In this document: in pieces, positions 12,288 through 23,975 of the stretch | Layout of the letters: every line of letters starts with the position of its first letter | How positions within the stretch are numbered: the first letter of the stretch is position 1 | Source of the DNA: Balanoglossus misakiensis | Lineage: Eukaryota > Animalia > Hemichordata | Length of the DNA: 64,000 nucleotides | Reading direction: 5' to 3' | NCBI GenBank assembly: GCA_040954595.2 | Contig: CM082576.2 | Span: 5,430,760-5,494,759, forward strand | Program-made: the position numbers and the translations under genes | The notes under the pieces: model-generated | Seen by the model: the letters and a program-made list of their open reading frames with translations, nothing else | Database searches by the model: none | What the model was told of the DNA's origin: nothing

Positions 12288-13746
12288 ATGATTGCAGGTG
12301 TTCATAAGGCTGTTCTGCGTCACACTTGTACCAAAATTTCAAGGCGGAACAGGTTTTGGTTCAAAGTTGGCGACACGGCGGAAGTCTCCAAAGTGGTAAC
12401 CGAATCAGATGTCCGAGCCTTTGCGAAGCTAACAGGCGACGAAAACCCCATCCACGTAGATGAAGAGTACGCCAGGAAAACTAGGTTAGGGAGATGTGTT
12501 GTGCACGGAGTTCTTGTTCAAGGGTAAGACATGTAGAAATCGCATTCATGGAGAGGTCGTATATCATATCAAAGTAGCAGACGACACTTTATCAAACATG
12601 TAGTATAATACCTTACGTTTTCGGGTTGCCTTCTTGCGCGTCTCCGCTAAACGGCCCCATATATAAAGTTTCTAGCGGCATACCTCCAGCCTCAGACACC
12701 TCCAAACGAACGCATAACAGAGGACAACAGTCCTCGCACGGTTTCAATAAGGATATTAGAGCTTCTTACAGTTCCAGACCTCCACCCCCATCTACGATGG
12801 AGATGTAGTCGGGATTGCTAATGTCTACTTCGCATGTGCAGACCATATGCAAATTTTCTGACCTGCTCCATCCGAGGTTGGAGATAATGTCTGAGCCTGG
12901 AGGTAGGCTGCTGGACCCTGCTCACACGGCCCTTCAGTAAAAACAACTTGAGTGTGTAGATGCAACATAATTAACTTCATATTATTTAAAAAAAATCACA
13001 ATAAAAGTTATGTTTGTTTGTTTCTCTTTTTCTTCCATCAGGTTGATATCAGCCGTGCTCGGAACAAAACTTCCAGGATCAGGTGCAATCTTGGCATCAC
13101 AAGAGATGAAATTCCCAGCTCCTTGTAAGCAAAAGTAAATTTTAAGTTTTAAAAAGGGGGCAAAAAAGCAGTACTAACTTTTGCAGACTTTTCATAGCAT
13201 TTTTCTGGTGGGCTAACTTGTGTATATATAGTCATGCATCTATATCTGTTCTAATGACATCAATCATAAACATAGTGCAGTTTTTTTTTTAAAGTACGCA
13301 AACTTATCATGGTCATATATTTGTCTTAGTGTTTGTTGGCGAAGAAGTCACAGTCAGGGTTGAAGTCAGAAGTATTGAGAAAATCATCGTAAATATGGCC
13401 GTCGCATGTACTGCAACAGAACGTAACAAGGTATATGTTACTCTTTTTGCATTTATATGTCGATACCCATAGAAGGGTCAGGTGGGCCTAACGCTCCACA
13501 AATGGTTGTGAAACATGCCGAGTCAATGTTACTTTTGCTTGCTTTGGTTTCTTTGCCAAAAGAGATCACCCCACCTCTTGATAACCCTGACTTCATCAGT
13601 AAACAACAACAACATTGTTGTTGTTGTTGTTGTTGTTGTTGACTACATTGTGATTCTAATGAGACCTTTTTTTCATCTTCTTACAGATTGTTCTCTCAGG
13701 CAATGTTAAGTTATATATGCCAAAGGAATCCACTGATTCCAGCTGA
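12288..13746 (+). CDS. HTD2: Mitochondrial hydroxyacyl-thioester dehydratase type 2 (MaoC/hot-dog fold)
   Basis: Exons 12288-12523, 13042-13124, 13330-13430 and 13687-13746, all GT-AG with consistent phases. Arg-rich presequence-like N-terminus, hydratase-2 motif FAKLTGDENPIHVD, and VHGVL.[35 protein letters not shown]. Confidence 0.88.
12672..12914. mobile_element. Degenerate MITE in the first coding intron of HTD2
   Basis: TACCTCCAGCCTCAGACA (12681-12698) and TGTCTGAGCCTGGAGGTA (12888-12905) form a 17/18 inverted match that extends imperfectly outward. No TSD retained. Confidence 0.55.
13602..13641. repeat. (CAA)n-(TTG)n inverted microsatellite
   Basis: AACAACAACAACA followed directly by TTGTTGTTGTTGTTGTTGTTGTTGTT in the last HTD2 intron. 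Confidence 0.85.
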
Positions 13747-16014
13747 TATGGTTGAAAACTAGGTGAGGCTGTATCCTGCAAGATAGCACGTTCTTCAAAA
13801 TGTTAATCCTGGTTGACCTTGAAAAAAATGTCCCACCCAAGAAGGATGAAAAGTTTAAAGGAAAAGTATTTGTCTCTGGTAGTTCATTTTTAGTGTTCTT
13901 TTCATGTTTGTCAAGTACTCTTTGAATCTTCTCCACATATACATGTACATACATTTGATTCTTTCAAACTGCCCATATGTATTTGGTATTATAGGTGCTA
14001 CAGTTAGATTTTGTATATATTCTATGCTCATTTACAAAAAATACAGCTACAGTTCATATAAGTTGAGAAATGTCAGTTTAAAAACTGTGAAAAGGTACTG
14101 GTATATTTTTGCAATACATGTAATAAATAACATCAATGCTTTTTATGAAAATTTATAACATTGTATTTTTATTTAAGTAATCATGTCAAATACATATTGG
14201 TTATATACATTACTGTTTCCTCTACAACTGACTGTGTTTCTAGAAGCCCAGTGTAAGGCCCATTTAACTTACTCCTATACATGACAAGAAGACCCCCTTT
14301 AAAATGACAATGTATTTAAATAAAAGTGGTGTATGTAAACCCATTGAGTCATGAGAGAGGGTTTAATTTTTCATGCTGGGTCTTAGTGAAAGGGATTTCA
14401 TAGATTATCCCACTTTTAAAACTTTAATGTAATTTATCAACCTCCAGATTTTGTTTTGGACTTGTTTAAAAGTGCCTGTGACCTTTAGAGGATTAAATTA
14501 TGTGTACATCTAAATCTCTGAGTGGCATTTGTTTAAAGCATTGATCTATAATTAGATTGTCAAGTTCCAAGATTACTCCATTACTTCATCACGTGTCAAA
14601 GCCCCTTTCCAAAATATTTAGATCCAAATATGTTTTATACATAGCCAAGGCAGCAGTGTTATCCCTCCCTGGAATGCCATGGTCAAACATGAATAGATCA
14701 CTTCGGGTAGTAATATACAATGTAGTGGTTTGGGTGCCGGGATATTTACATTTATCAAGCACTCCCAGTGGGGATATTGGTGACCAAAAGTGGTTTTAGG
14801 TCCAATGAGCAGTATGGTTCTTATAACAGTCAGTTGATATATTTTGTATGTTCTTATTTGATCTGCATCTGTAAGTCTGCCAGCTGGAAATCAATCATTT
14901 CATTGTGGACTGTGGATGGCAAAATCTTCTCCCAAAGGGTGGATGCAGTCTTCAATATAAATGTGCCAGCAAATTTGTAGATGTGCACAGAAGGTACACA
15001 GCAAATTGTCCATCTTACGCAGTAGGAATATAAAAATTAGAGAGTAAAGGTTTTTTCTGTCCTTTATTACAGTGGCAAAGTAACAAAGTTATTATTTTGC
15101 GTCTGCTCACCGATATGCTCATGAAATCACCGGTTTTTGCAACTCATCTAATACCACGTATATGGGAATAAACATTCACAACGAGTTTTAGTATCGATCA
15201 ACCAAAAATTAATGAGTATGTCCATGCAAAGGCTGTGAATTGAGCCATGACAGCTGGTTATTGAGCATGTTGGCAGTGAACAAACAGAAATAGCCTATCA
15301 GAAAAAAACTAAAATAACCATAAGGGTCATAAATGTAAGTGAATGATTTTGCCCCTTTGAAAACCTTCACTATTTCAGCATCAATGAAATCCTACACTGT
15401 GCTCGCGCCAGTTTTGGACCCTTGTAAATCTATACATTGGAATATTTTGTGAAAAAACAAAATAAGCAGAAACTGAACCCTGAGAAAATTGACAGGTCAT
15501 AAAGTTCTATGTACAGTAATATACCTTTATTGACTGCAAAAAGTGGAACTTAACACGGACAAAATAAATTTCATAAATAAGTGTTGTGGAGATAGGTTGC
15601 TTTCCCCATTCTCCATATTTCAAAGTCCTTGCGGATTGTGTTGTTATAATTCACCATCAGAAATGGCAGACTGAGTGAAAGAATAAGTTGGATCCCTAAC
15701 ATCCAAAAATAGCGTCAAGGACACGGTGGTCCCATTGAGTGATTACACAAGAAAAAGTCTACACTGAAGTACATGGCCATATACAGACAGACAGACAGAC
15801 ACACACACATAGCGAGAGGTCAATGGGCAAACACTGACTGACCCATAAGCTGCCAATGGCATATGTACTGTACATACACTAAATAGAACAGCTGGCCTCT
15901 TTAAAACTCAGCCAGTTATGTAATCATTCAGGAATTTGCTGTGTTCATATGAAACACAGAGTTCCTGCCTAATTAAAACAACTCAATAAAGTAAATACAC
16001 ACCACTTTGCAAAG

Positions 16015-16295
16015 CAATCTGACCAGTAGTTCTTGAGTTACTGAGTTTTGACCAAATTAACATTTTTCCAGCTAATTTGCATATTTTAGGCAATGTCAAC
16101 TTCATTTGAACAAACTCCCATCTACAGCCCAGCCTGCATCAGCACACTGAATATCAAGGTGATACACGCAGCGGTTTTCAAGTTTTTGATGTGGACAGAC
16201 ATACAGACATACATCCATCCATCCGTACATACAGACGCAACCGATCCCATTGTTGTTGGGTCCCATTGGTATATAAAATGGGACCCAACAACAAT
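16015..16295 (+). mobile_element. Helentron/DINE-1-like non-autonomous element remnant with (GACA/TACA/TCCA)n tract and terminal hairpin
   Basis: GGACAGACATACAGACATACATCCATCCATCC tract followed by a perfect 19-bp stem ATTGTTGTTGGGTCCCATT (16249-16267) / AATGGGACCCAACAACAAT (16277-16295) with a 9-nt loop. Confidence 0.55.
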
Positions 16296-16893
16296 CTAAT
16301 ATCGGACTGTACAAAAGCTTGGGGTGTGTTGCACTGACCTGCGTGAACAGATCCCGTGAGGAGTACGGTGCCCAGAGTGCTAACACATCCCCAATACGAA
16401 CTCATGGACACAAACTACTAGTATTTACATTTCTAGGTCCAAAACTTTAACTACAGTGAGACAAAACTGTTAGGCTTTTCTCATATTTAAATCAAGTATT
16501 GAAATGCAAAATAAGACAGACGGGAGTGGTTCTTCTTTTCTCCAATTAAGTTCAACTGTGCTCAATGGGCAAACACTGACTGACCCTTAAAGTGAAATTA
16601 CAGGCTTAAAGGTTCAGTTTGATGTCAAGTGAATGTTGAAACGAACGCTAAGTGTGGGTCTACTCTCAATGCCTTCATGACAAATCCACAGCACTTTGTA
16701 AGAGTAAGTCTTTATACATTCCTTTTTCACTATTAACCGTCAACATATTTCAAGAAGAGAAAAGAAAACAATGACCTGAGACATAAAAGTTACATTTCCG
16801 TCGTCACAAACACTCATTGTAGATTCGAATTTCAGTCAAAGACAACAATGTTTCACATTTATTCTTATAAACAAGAGGAATTTTGTATTTAAA

Positions 16894-19800
16894 TTAGTAA
16901 TTCTTTGCTTCCCTGTAAAACTGTAGAAAGTCTGTGGTGTCTGGTACTTCTGTGCAGCCCCTCAGATTGTTGGGCGGTCGGATTTGATTATATCGAGTCC
17001 AGTCCCCTTTGCAATTAATCCATGGCATGATGTCAATTTTTTTGTGGAGTGCGTGAGACACCTCGGCACTGATGAGGTTGGGCGTCCCCGCGCCCGGCCC
17101 CCGGGTGATGAGTCTCATCTCGTCGTTATAGCAACACTGCTGCGCCGCCAGGCTGGTGCTGCGCATGGAGAGCCGCGAGCGGATGCAGTAGCGCGCCGTG
17201 GGCTTGTAGATGTCCAGCCGGTCGCGCTGGCTGCTGGCGTCCATCCAGCGGAACCACTTCTGCTTCTGCTGGTCCCAGATGCTGTCGTTGTGGGGAATGT
17301 TGGTCGGGTAGAAGCACGGGCAGCTGGGGAGGTCCTGCAACATGGCCAAGTACGCCGTTAGGCTTCGACTGCGGCAGTTCATCCAGGCTTCGCAGCTGTC
17401 GTGTCCTAAAAGGGGCAAAGAGGTTAAACAAATGTAAATTGTAAATCACCAGTGTATAGCATAAGTTATAGAATCATGTGTCTTTAAAACTTATTATAAA
17501 CACTTCAACCTGCAGCCAGGGTAACAACTATACATTTTTTATTTATATAATAAGTTTTGAAAACACTGTATAATGCCCGGTAAGATCTTAGTATAAATTT
17601 TAAATTCAAAAAGTGGATCACACTGTTTCATATGTAACCCAATCATTCTGCATTATTTGTATTACAAACTGTATGAGGCTTGCTCTCATGGATTGTATGT
17701 GTAGCATTTTGCACTGATGTTAGTACAGAGTTGAGTAAACCATGAACAGAAAGTTGCAGTTTGCTGCTTTTCTTGGTGAGGACCCAGATTGTTGAAAGAA
17801 AAATGTTGGAGTCAAGATTCAAGAATTCAGAGGGGTAGAAGAGAACCATTTGGTTTGGAAATTCCTGCATTATCTCGCTAAAGAAATGGAATGATCAACC
17901 CCTCTGGGGGTTTGACTTCTCCTTGTACAGGAGGGGGGGGGATGGCATTTCATATCAGAAATGTGATAGGCTTGTACATCTTGTGCTTGTACTACTGTTA
18001 CTCCATGGGGTAAAAGAGCTGAGTGAACTCACTGACCTGTCTTGTTTAATTATTTGTATTTGCTAACAGTGTGCACAAATCAATCCACAGAGAGGTTCTG
18101 ACTGTACAGAAGTGATGCTTTGCCGGGGAAAGCCTGCGATATGTGTGAGTGTGAGTGGTGATTTCAACATGTTTCGTGATCTTATGTACACGTTACTGTC
18201 TGTTACTAATCTAATTTAAGAAAGTGGAATTGATCCCAAGAAGGTCAGTCTTTTTTTTTTGCTATGGAAAGAAACATTATACAATATACATAGCCTATCA
18301 AATGGCACGCACAGTAAGTAAATTTTCTGGAGCTCTGTTTATCTTGGTGTTCTCAGTTGGGAGTTGTGTGAGGGTTTTTCTGGCATGGGTCAGTAAATTG
18401 TATCTGTGGTGCTCTCAACAACATTGCTGATAGTTCCGGTGTGAAGCACTTCCACAAATGCTGAATTCAACTAGGACCTGACCGTGGCTACAGACATCCT
18501 CACTTGGGACCAGGTTTGGTTTTTGAGTCTACACTTGATGGTGCCAGAGTGCCTGCTGGCTTGGGGTGGATGTGAATATACAGTGCCTTCTGACCTCTGA
18601 CTACTTCAAAACAGCTGACTTGAACAAGAGCACACTGTTTTATCCATGTCCCAACTTTGTACCGGCCACTCTCAACAATGGCACATTAAAATGGCTGGAA
18701 ACCTGATTTTTGGACATTTTTTACCATGGTAGTCATGTGAATCAGAAGCAATAACTTTGCTTCAAATTTCATCCACAAACTGACTTACCCAATTCCTCCA
18801 TGACTAGTTCTGAGTGAGTAAATTTTTCACTCTCTTCGTCAGATTCTTCATTTTCATTATGGGGTTCTGATGGATCTGTGGTGGAGAAATGATAAAAATC
18901 ATTGATCATCTAGAATACAGGTGTGGCAACAATACTACAAAACATGTCACAGTTACCACTAACCTCCCTTTCACCGAATTCACTTTTTATCAAGATTATT
19001 TGAAAAGAAAAATTTAAATATATGGGATGCAAAGCTTCGTTGGCATTTTTCACATTACCTGAGCATCTTCTGTTGTTGCAGTCCTGTGTCTCGGTGGAGT
19101 TGCAGAAAGTTCCACAAGTTCTGTGTCGCTGCTTAGTTCCACCTCCACACGTCACGCTGCAGGCGCTCCATTGCGACCACGTAGCCCTGTCATTCACGCC
19201 ATCGCTATTGTCCCACGTAGCTTCTTTTGACGTATCTGTAAAGGGGGAGGGACAGAAAGTGTGCGAGTTGTCAGAGAAAAGCGTGCGTTCTACACCACCG
19301 ATTTAATTGGCCAAAGGTGGCACTTTTTGACAATACCGTCGGTATTCGCTTGACTTGTGATTTTCCAGACACCTGTTTGTGAAAAGAGAAGTTTCTGTTT
19401 GTGGTCTCTTTGTTTTATTCGGGTATACGTGTTCCTTGAATAAAATTGGTCGGGCCGTGTGTCCTGTCGACTTAAATTATGATCATGTACTTGTTTAAGG
19501 GTTACGGGTATCAGAATGAATGTATGTCTGGTAAAACGTACCTGGATGAGCAATGCTGTCCGAAGGGTCCAAGTCGTACGAGTGAAAGTCCACAGTTGGG
19601 TTTTCAGCATCCACAGAATCTTCGGTTTTATCCTCTCTACTCTGGTCACCTTCATCATCGTTATCCTTATTATCATCACCACCGACCGTAACATCATCGT
19701 CTTCGCCGCCGCTATCACCATCGTTACCGCCGGCAGTGGTATCAGCGTCCTCCTTCGAGAGGGCATGTTCCTCCGCGCCAGGATGGCCGTCGCCATCCAA

Positions 19801-22800
19801 ATTCTGGAAGGCTTTGGCGAATTCGTCGAAGTCTATGTTTTGCCCAACTGGGAAGTCGTTGGGACCGGCATCATCCACTTCGGTGTACTCCGATGACGTG
19901 TAGTTTCCATGGAGTATCTCGATGGCCACTTCTATGTTGGGGTTTTGTCGGGACAGATCCGGAGATCCTGCGTTCTCGAAGTCGCTACCTTGAAATAACT
20001 TGGCGTAATCCCTGGGCGCAGAATCGTTATCCGAAATCAATTCCTGTCTCTTCCTGTGCCGTCGGCGATTCTTTCTCGGGGGAAACCTGTTTTCCTCCTC
20101 AAAATAGTCATACGCGTAATAATCATCATCCAAATTGGCAGTTTCGCGGTTGGGACTACGCCCCCGAGGTTCGGTTACTCTGTCATCGCCGGCATTAGTC
20201 CTTCTCGGTACATGCGTGGTACTTTCCTCCGGCGTCACATGCACACCCGATTCCTGATCGTTTTTGTCTCGGTGCCTTTCTCGATCTCGATCCCTCCTCC
20301 TTTCTTTGTCACGATTTCGTCGCCTGTCTTTCTTTCTCTTCTTATTTCTTGGTCTTTCGTGGTTGTGTCTGTGAGGAAGAGCATCTTCTTCTTCCTCCTC
20401 CTCCTCTCCCTCCGCAGTTTTACTTTCACCCTGTCCAGAATGAGAATTCCTCCGGAGTCTCGATGGGCCCCGCTCATACATATGCCCTATAGCACCGATT
20501 TGTGTCCTTTGGATAATACCATTGAAATACTCTTTTCCAAGATTCTCTTGGCTGTTTATTGTAACATCGTCAATATTTTTCAAATAAAGTTCCGCTTTGT
20601 CATTTTCGACTCTGCTTCGTAGTTCCTTGACTTCTTCAACTCCAGGTGAAACCTGTAGGATAATGGCAAACAATTTGTGAATCGAGAGACACGCACACAA
20701 AAAAACGCGTTAGAGGTTGTCCGCTATTACATCTTTGTACGTCACACCGCTCCCGACACGTTTTGTCCGGCAGTACCATATCATGCTATGGAGCCTTTTG
20801 TCTGCGTGGAAAGTGTGAACGTGTGTGTCAACAAGGGGGCAGTGATTCTCAAGGGAAAGGTGTGAGTACTGAACGCGACAAGGGGGACTGTTTGTCGCAT
20901 CCGACGGTGTGTGTTTGAGTGCAGCCCAACGGTGTGAAGTGTTGCATTCCACCTTTTACACCCCCTCGGTGACTTGAAAAGAAGTGCCATCGACACCTAC
21001 TGAGATGTGTGACAAACTCAATATCGCAGGTGAGGTTAGACAATCACGAGCCTCGAGGGAAAGTCCTCGGAAAGGAAAGGTATTCCTGTTGTAAATAATT
21101 CTTCAAAATGCATGATATTTAGAAAAGGCGAGATACTATCACTTGCTGACTGGCCCAAGAGTCAAAGCTAAAGGAAAGAAGTGCCATTGACACCTACTGA
21201 AATGTGTGACAAACTCAATATCGCAGGTGAGGTTTGGCAATGATGCGACTTTACTGAATGCAATACAATTTTGACATTTGTATTCGTTTTGAACTATATT
21301 GATAAATCCGAAGCATGGTGATGTCAACTTCATCACCACGAGTCACTCACTTCCCAGTAATTGCCCTGAGGTTCGTGAGTTGAGCTTGTTGTACTTGTCA
21401 GTTGTGAGAAGAAGTTGCGATGAGGAAATCATCCATGCACATTCCTCGTCTCTGGCCAAGCGCGCGCTGACGCTCTACCACCGACACGACTAAAGCCACA
21501 GCTACATGTAACACGTTAATGAGATGTTGTCGATCTTTGCCGGCGTGAAATTTCGCGGGAGAAGGCAAAAGAAAGAGAAGCAACGATTGCCAAGTGTTGA
21601 CTTGTGTGCGGTCCCTTTATCCCCCCATTATTCATGAGCTGGAGCTGCTTTGAAGGCCGCCGACTCCCATCCCCGTCGCACCTAATTGTTCGCGCAAATC
21701 CCAAGGCCACTGCGGGATAGATAATGGTTACGCCGAAGATGACTCCACCATTCACCGTCTGTTTAATAAACCCGATATACCTTTGAGAACTCCGTCGAAA
21801 TGGAGACTCCGATTTTTTCAAGCATTCGATGCTTCTGAAGTCGCCGACTCTGACGTTCCGACTAATGCCTACGTTGTTGTTTTTATGCTTTCGGAATTTA
21901 AATGCAAAGGGGGTACAAGTATATACTACGTAATCAGTTAAGTATTGCTCGTAGGCGCAAAAAAAATTCTTGCATATATTTAAAAAGGGGACAGAAAATA
22001 TTTTGTTTTTTGTTCCAGACCGCTACCAACTGCGTAATATTTAAATTCTGGCTTCATAATTAAATGACAATACTTGACAAAATCAAAACACGGAGAAAAT
22101 TTTGAAATTCCTGTTTCCACACGCCTGGTGAAACACACAAGAGCAGCTTCGCCGACATCGACTGAAAGTGGCCGTAATCCCACGGCGCAACGTGTTGAAG
22201 GGTAACAGAATGAGGAGAATTCATTGAAGCAAGGCGAAAAAAGCAGCTGCCACTTGTAAAGGCAGGCCGGGGTGGCGACCCTCTCAACTCGCGTATCTGA
22301 TCATCGTTAACTAGATGAAGACAATTCGGGGTGGAATTTTTGGGATTCCCAGGGATCCGACAGCAAGTGTATTGCCGACGTCGATATATTAAACTACTTG
22401 TGTTTCGTGTATCTCTCCGGCGCTATTGACTCGCGCCGGCTTGTATTGACCCCCTCACTTTCGATCCAAGTCGGTTTCTCTTTGGATCGCCTAACAAATA
22501 CACAAACATTTAGACTTCAGCGGCCGCCGCTATACCATCAACAATGGAAAGAATCCCTTCTAATCGAAAACACTCGGCTTTATTTGCTTGTAAGTCGGTT
22601 AAATCGACCATGATAAATTTTCAATTTAGACAGTCTTGTGCGCAAGCCGCAAACGCGCACACATGCATACACAACTAAGAGCGAATAACATTTACCAAGT
22701 GTTTCCATACGGCGACGTCTTGATTCACCTTTCAACTTTGTGGCAAACTGAAGGCTTAAATTAATATACATCTCAATAAACTAGGTGAGGGGGAGTGAGT

Positions 22801-23555
22801 CTAATTAATAGTAATTATTGGTCTCCGGGTAAAATGATATTCCCACTACAACTAAACAGAACCGTCAAAAGTGTGTTAGTACAGTCGGTTCATAGAAGCC
22901 GCAAGTTCCGCAACGACGCCAGTGACATCTACGATAAGAAAGCATATATGCTGTATATAGTTTATCAAGCAACACAGGATTGGGGACGATTGGCTTGAAA
23001 ACCTGTTACCTATCCACTCTCTTCAACGCTTTAAACTAGTACCACGCGTATAATCGAAGTTATGTTTTATGGGGCTTGTTGTATACTTTATGGGTCAACC
23101 TTGTGTTATGTGGTTTACTAGGCGCTTGCGGTTACCAACCGACGACCTACCCGTGCGGTTTTGTATGGTCGGAGCACTATTGGGGGTTTGGGATAGTTAT
23201 CTCACACACACCCTCCTCCCCAGGATAAGGTCCAACTGAAAAAAATAGTCAATCCGTAGAGGTACCACAGCGATAACTCAATGGTCAATCTAGTCTTTAT
23301 AAACTGGCGACGTCGGTCGCTTTTCGTTATCGTCTTATCTCAAAACGCCAACGGCAATTAGTAGATAAATCAATTAGGAGTATTTGTCTGAACTCTACGG
23401 ATTTGAAAAATAAACAAAACACATACCTGTTTCTGCAACCTGATCCTCTCCGTCGGCAGTGCATAGCTATTGCAGGTATTTATAAGGGCCACTCCGGTCA
23501 AAATCACTACGGCCATTCCTATGGCGATAGGCAATGTCGACGACCAGGGGACCAT
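16894..23555 (-). CDS. ISM1: Isthmin (secreted TSP1 + AMOP protein), 671 aa, 5 coding exons
   Basis: Exons 23555-23427 (signal peptide), 20652-19542, 19235-19059 (TSP1 WSQWSACSVTCGGG..R.R.CG..C..TE), 18875-18789 and 17405-16894 (AMOP: DSCEAW..C..DLPSCPC.YP..AAQQCCY..LITRG.GAGTPNLIS..CKGDW.RY..RPPNN). Total 2016 nt. Motif PDLSRQNPNIEVAIEI resembles vertebrate ISM1. Likely a pro-ortholog of ISM1/ISM2. Confidence 0.93.
20978..21234. repeat. 60-bp direct repeat (2 copies, 197 bp apart) in isthmin intron 1
   Basis: AAAGAAGTGCCATYGACACCTACTGARATGTGTGACAAACTCAATATCGCAGGTGAGGTT at 20978-21037 and 21175-21234, 2 mismatches. Confidence 0.9.
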
Positions 23556-23894
23556 ATTGGTCTGAGAGAAACTCCACGACGAGGATAGCGGTCTTCACAT
23601 GTAGAATTGTTTATCGAAAGCTTGTAAGCGAATCTCTGGAGGGAATGAAGATAGAATAACTGTTTTATAATATTTCTTCGCACCGCTGCAGTCCCATCAC
23701 CTCTGGCTGTTGTTGATAAAAAAATAACAAAGGTCGGCAGAAAACTAATGTTCCGTGGCAAAGTGCGTGTGGTTTGTGATAACGTGCGTATACCCTATAT
23801 GTACGCTGAACGTGAACATGTTGATAAAAGCCTCCTGTTTCCTTGTGTACTTGGACAGTCATATAAAGGGGGAGGCAATCTGAGCGTGAACAAA

Positions 23895-23975
23895 CAGTCA
23901 AGCCCCCTCCCCCGTTCCAGATCCGCGATTGGTTGTCGTCGGACAAGGCAAGAAAGCCGATTGGGCGCGCTCGGT
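23895..23975 (-). promoter_or_regulatory. Candidate isthmin promoter (two CCAAT boxes, GC/CT box)
   Basis: ATTGG at ~23928 and ~23960 (CCAAT on the minus strand) and CCCCTCCCC at ~23904, ~350-400 bp upstream of the ATG in CpG-rich DNA. Confidence 0.4.

Noticed and set aside
18320-18702. Possible extra isthmin exon
   Set aside because: The candidate acceptor gives an immediate in-frame TAA, and the flanking exons already join in phase and align with vertebrate isthmin.
19516-20622. Hydrophobic plus-strand ORFs (126 and 188 aa)
   Set aside because: Antisense translations of the charged isthmin exon 2.
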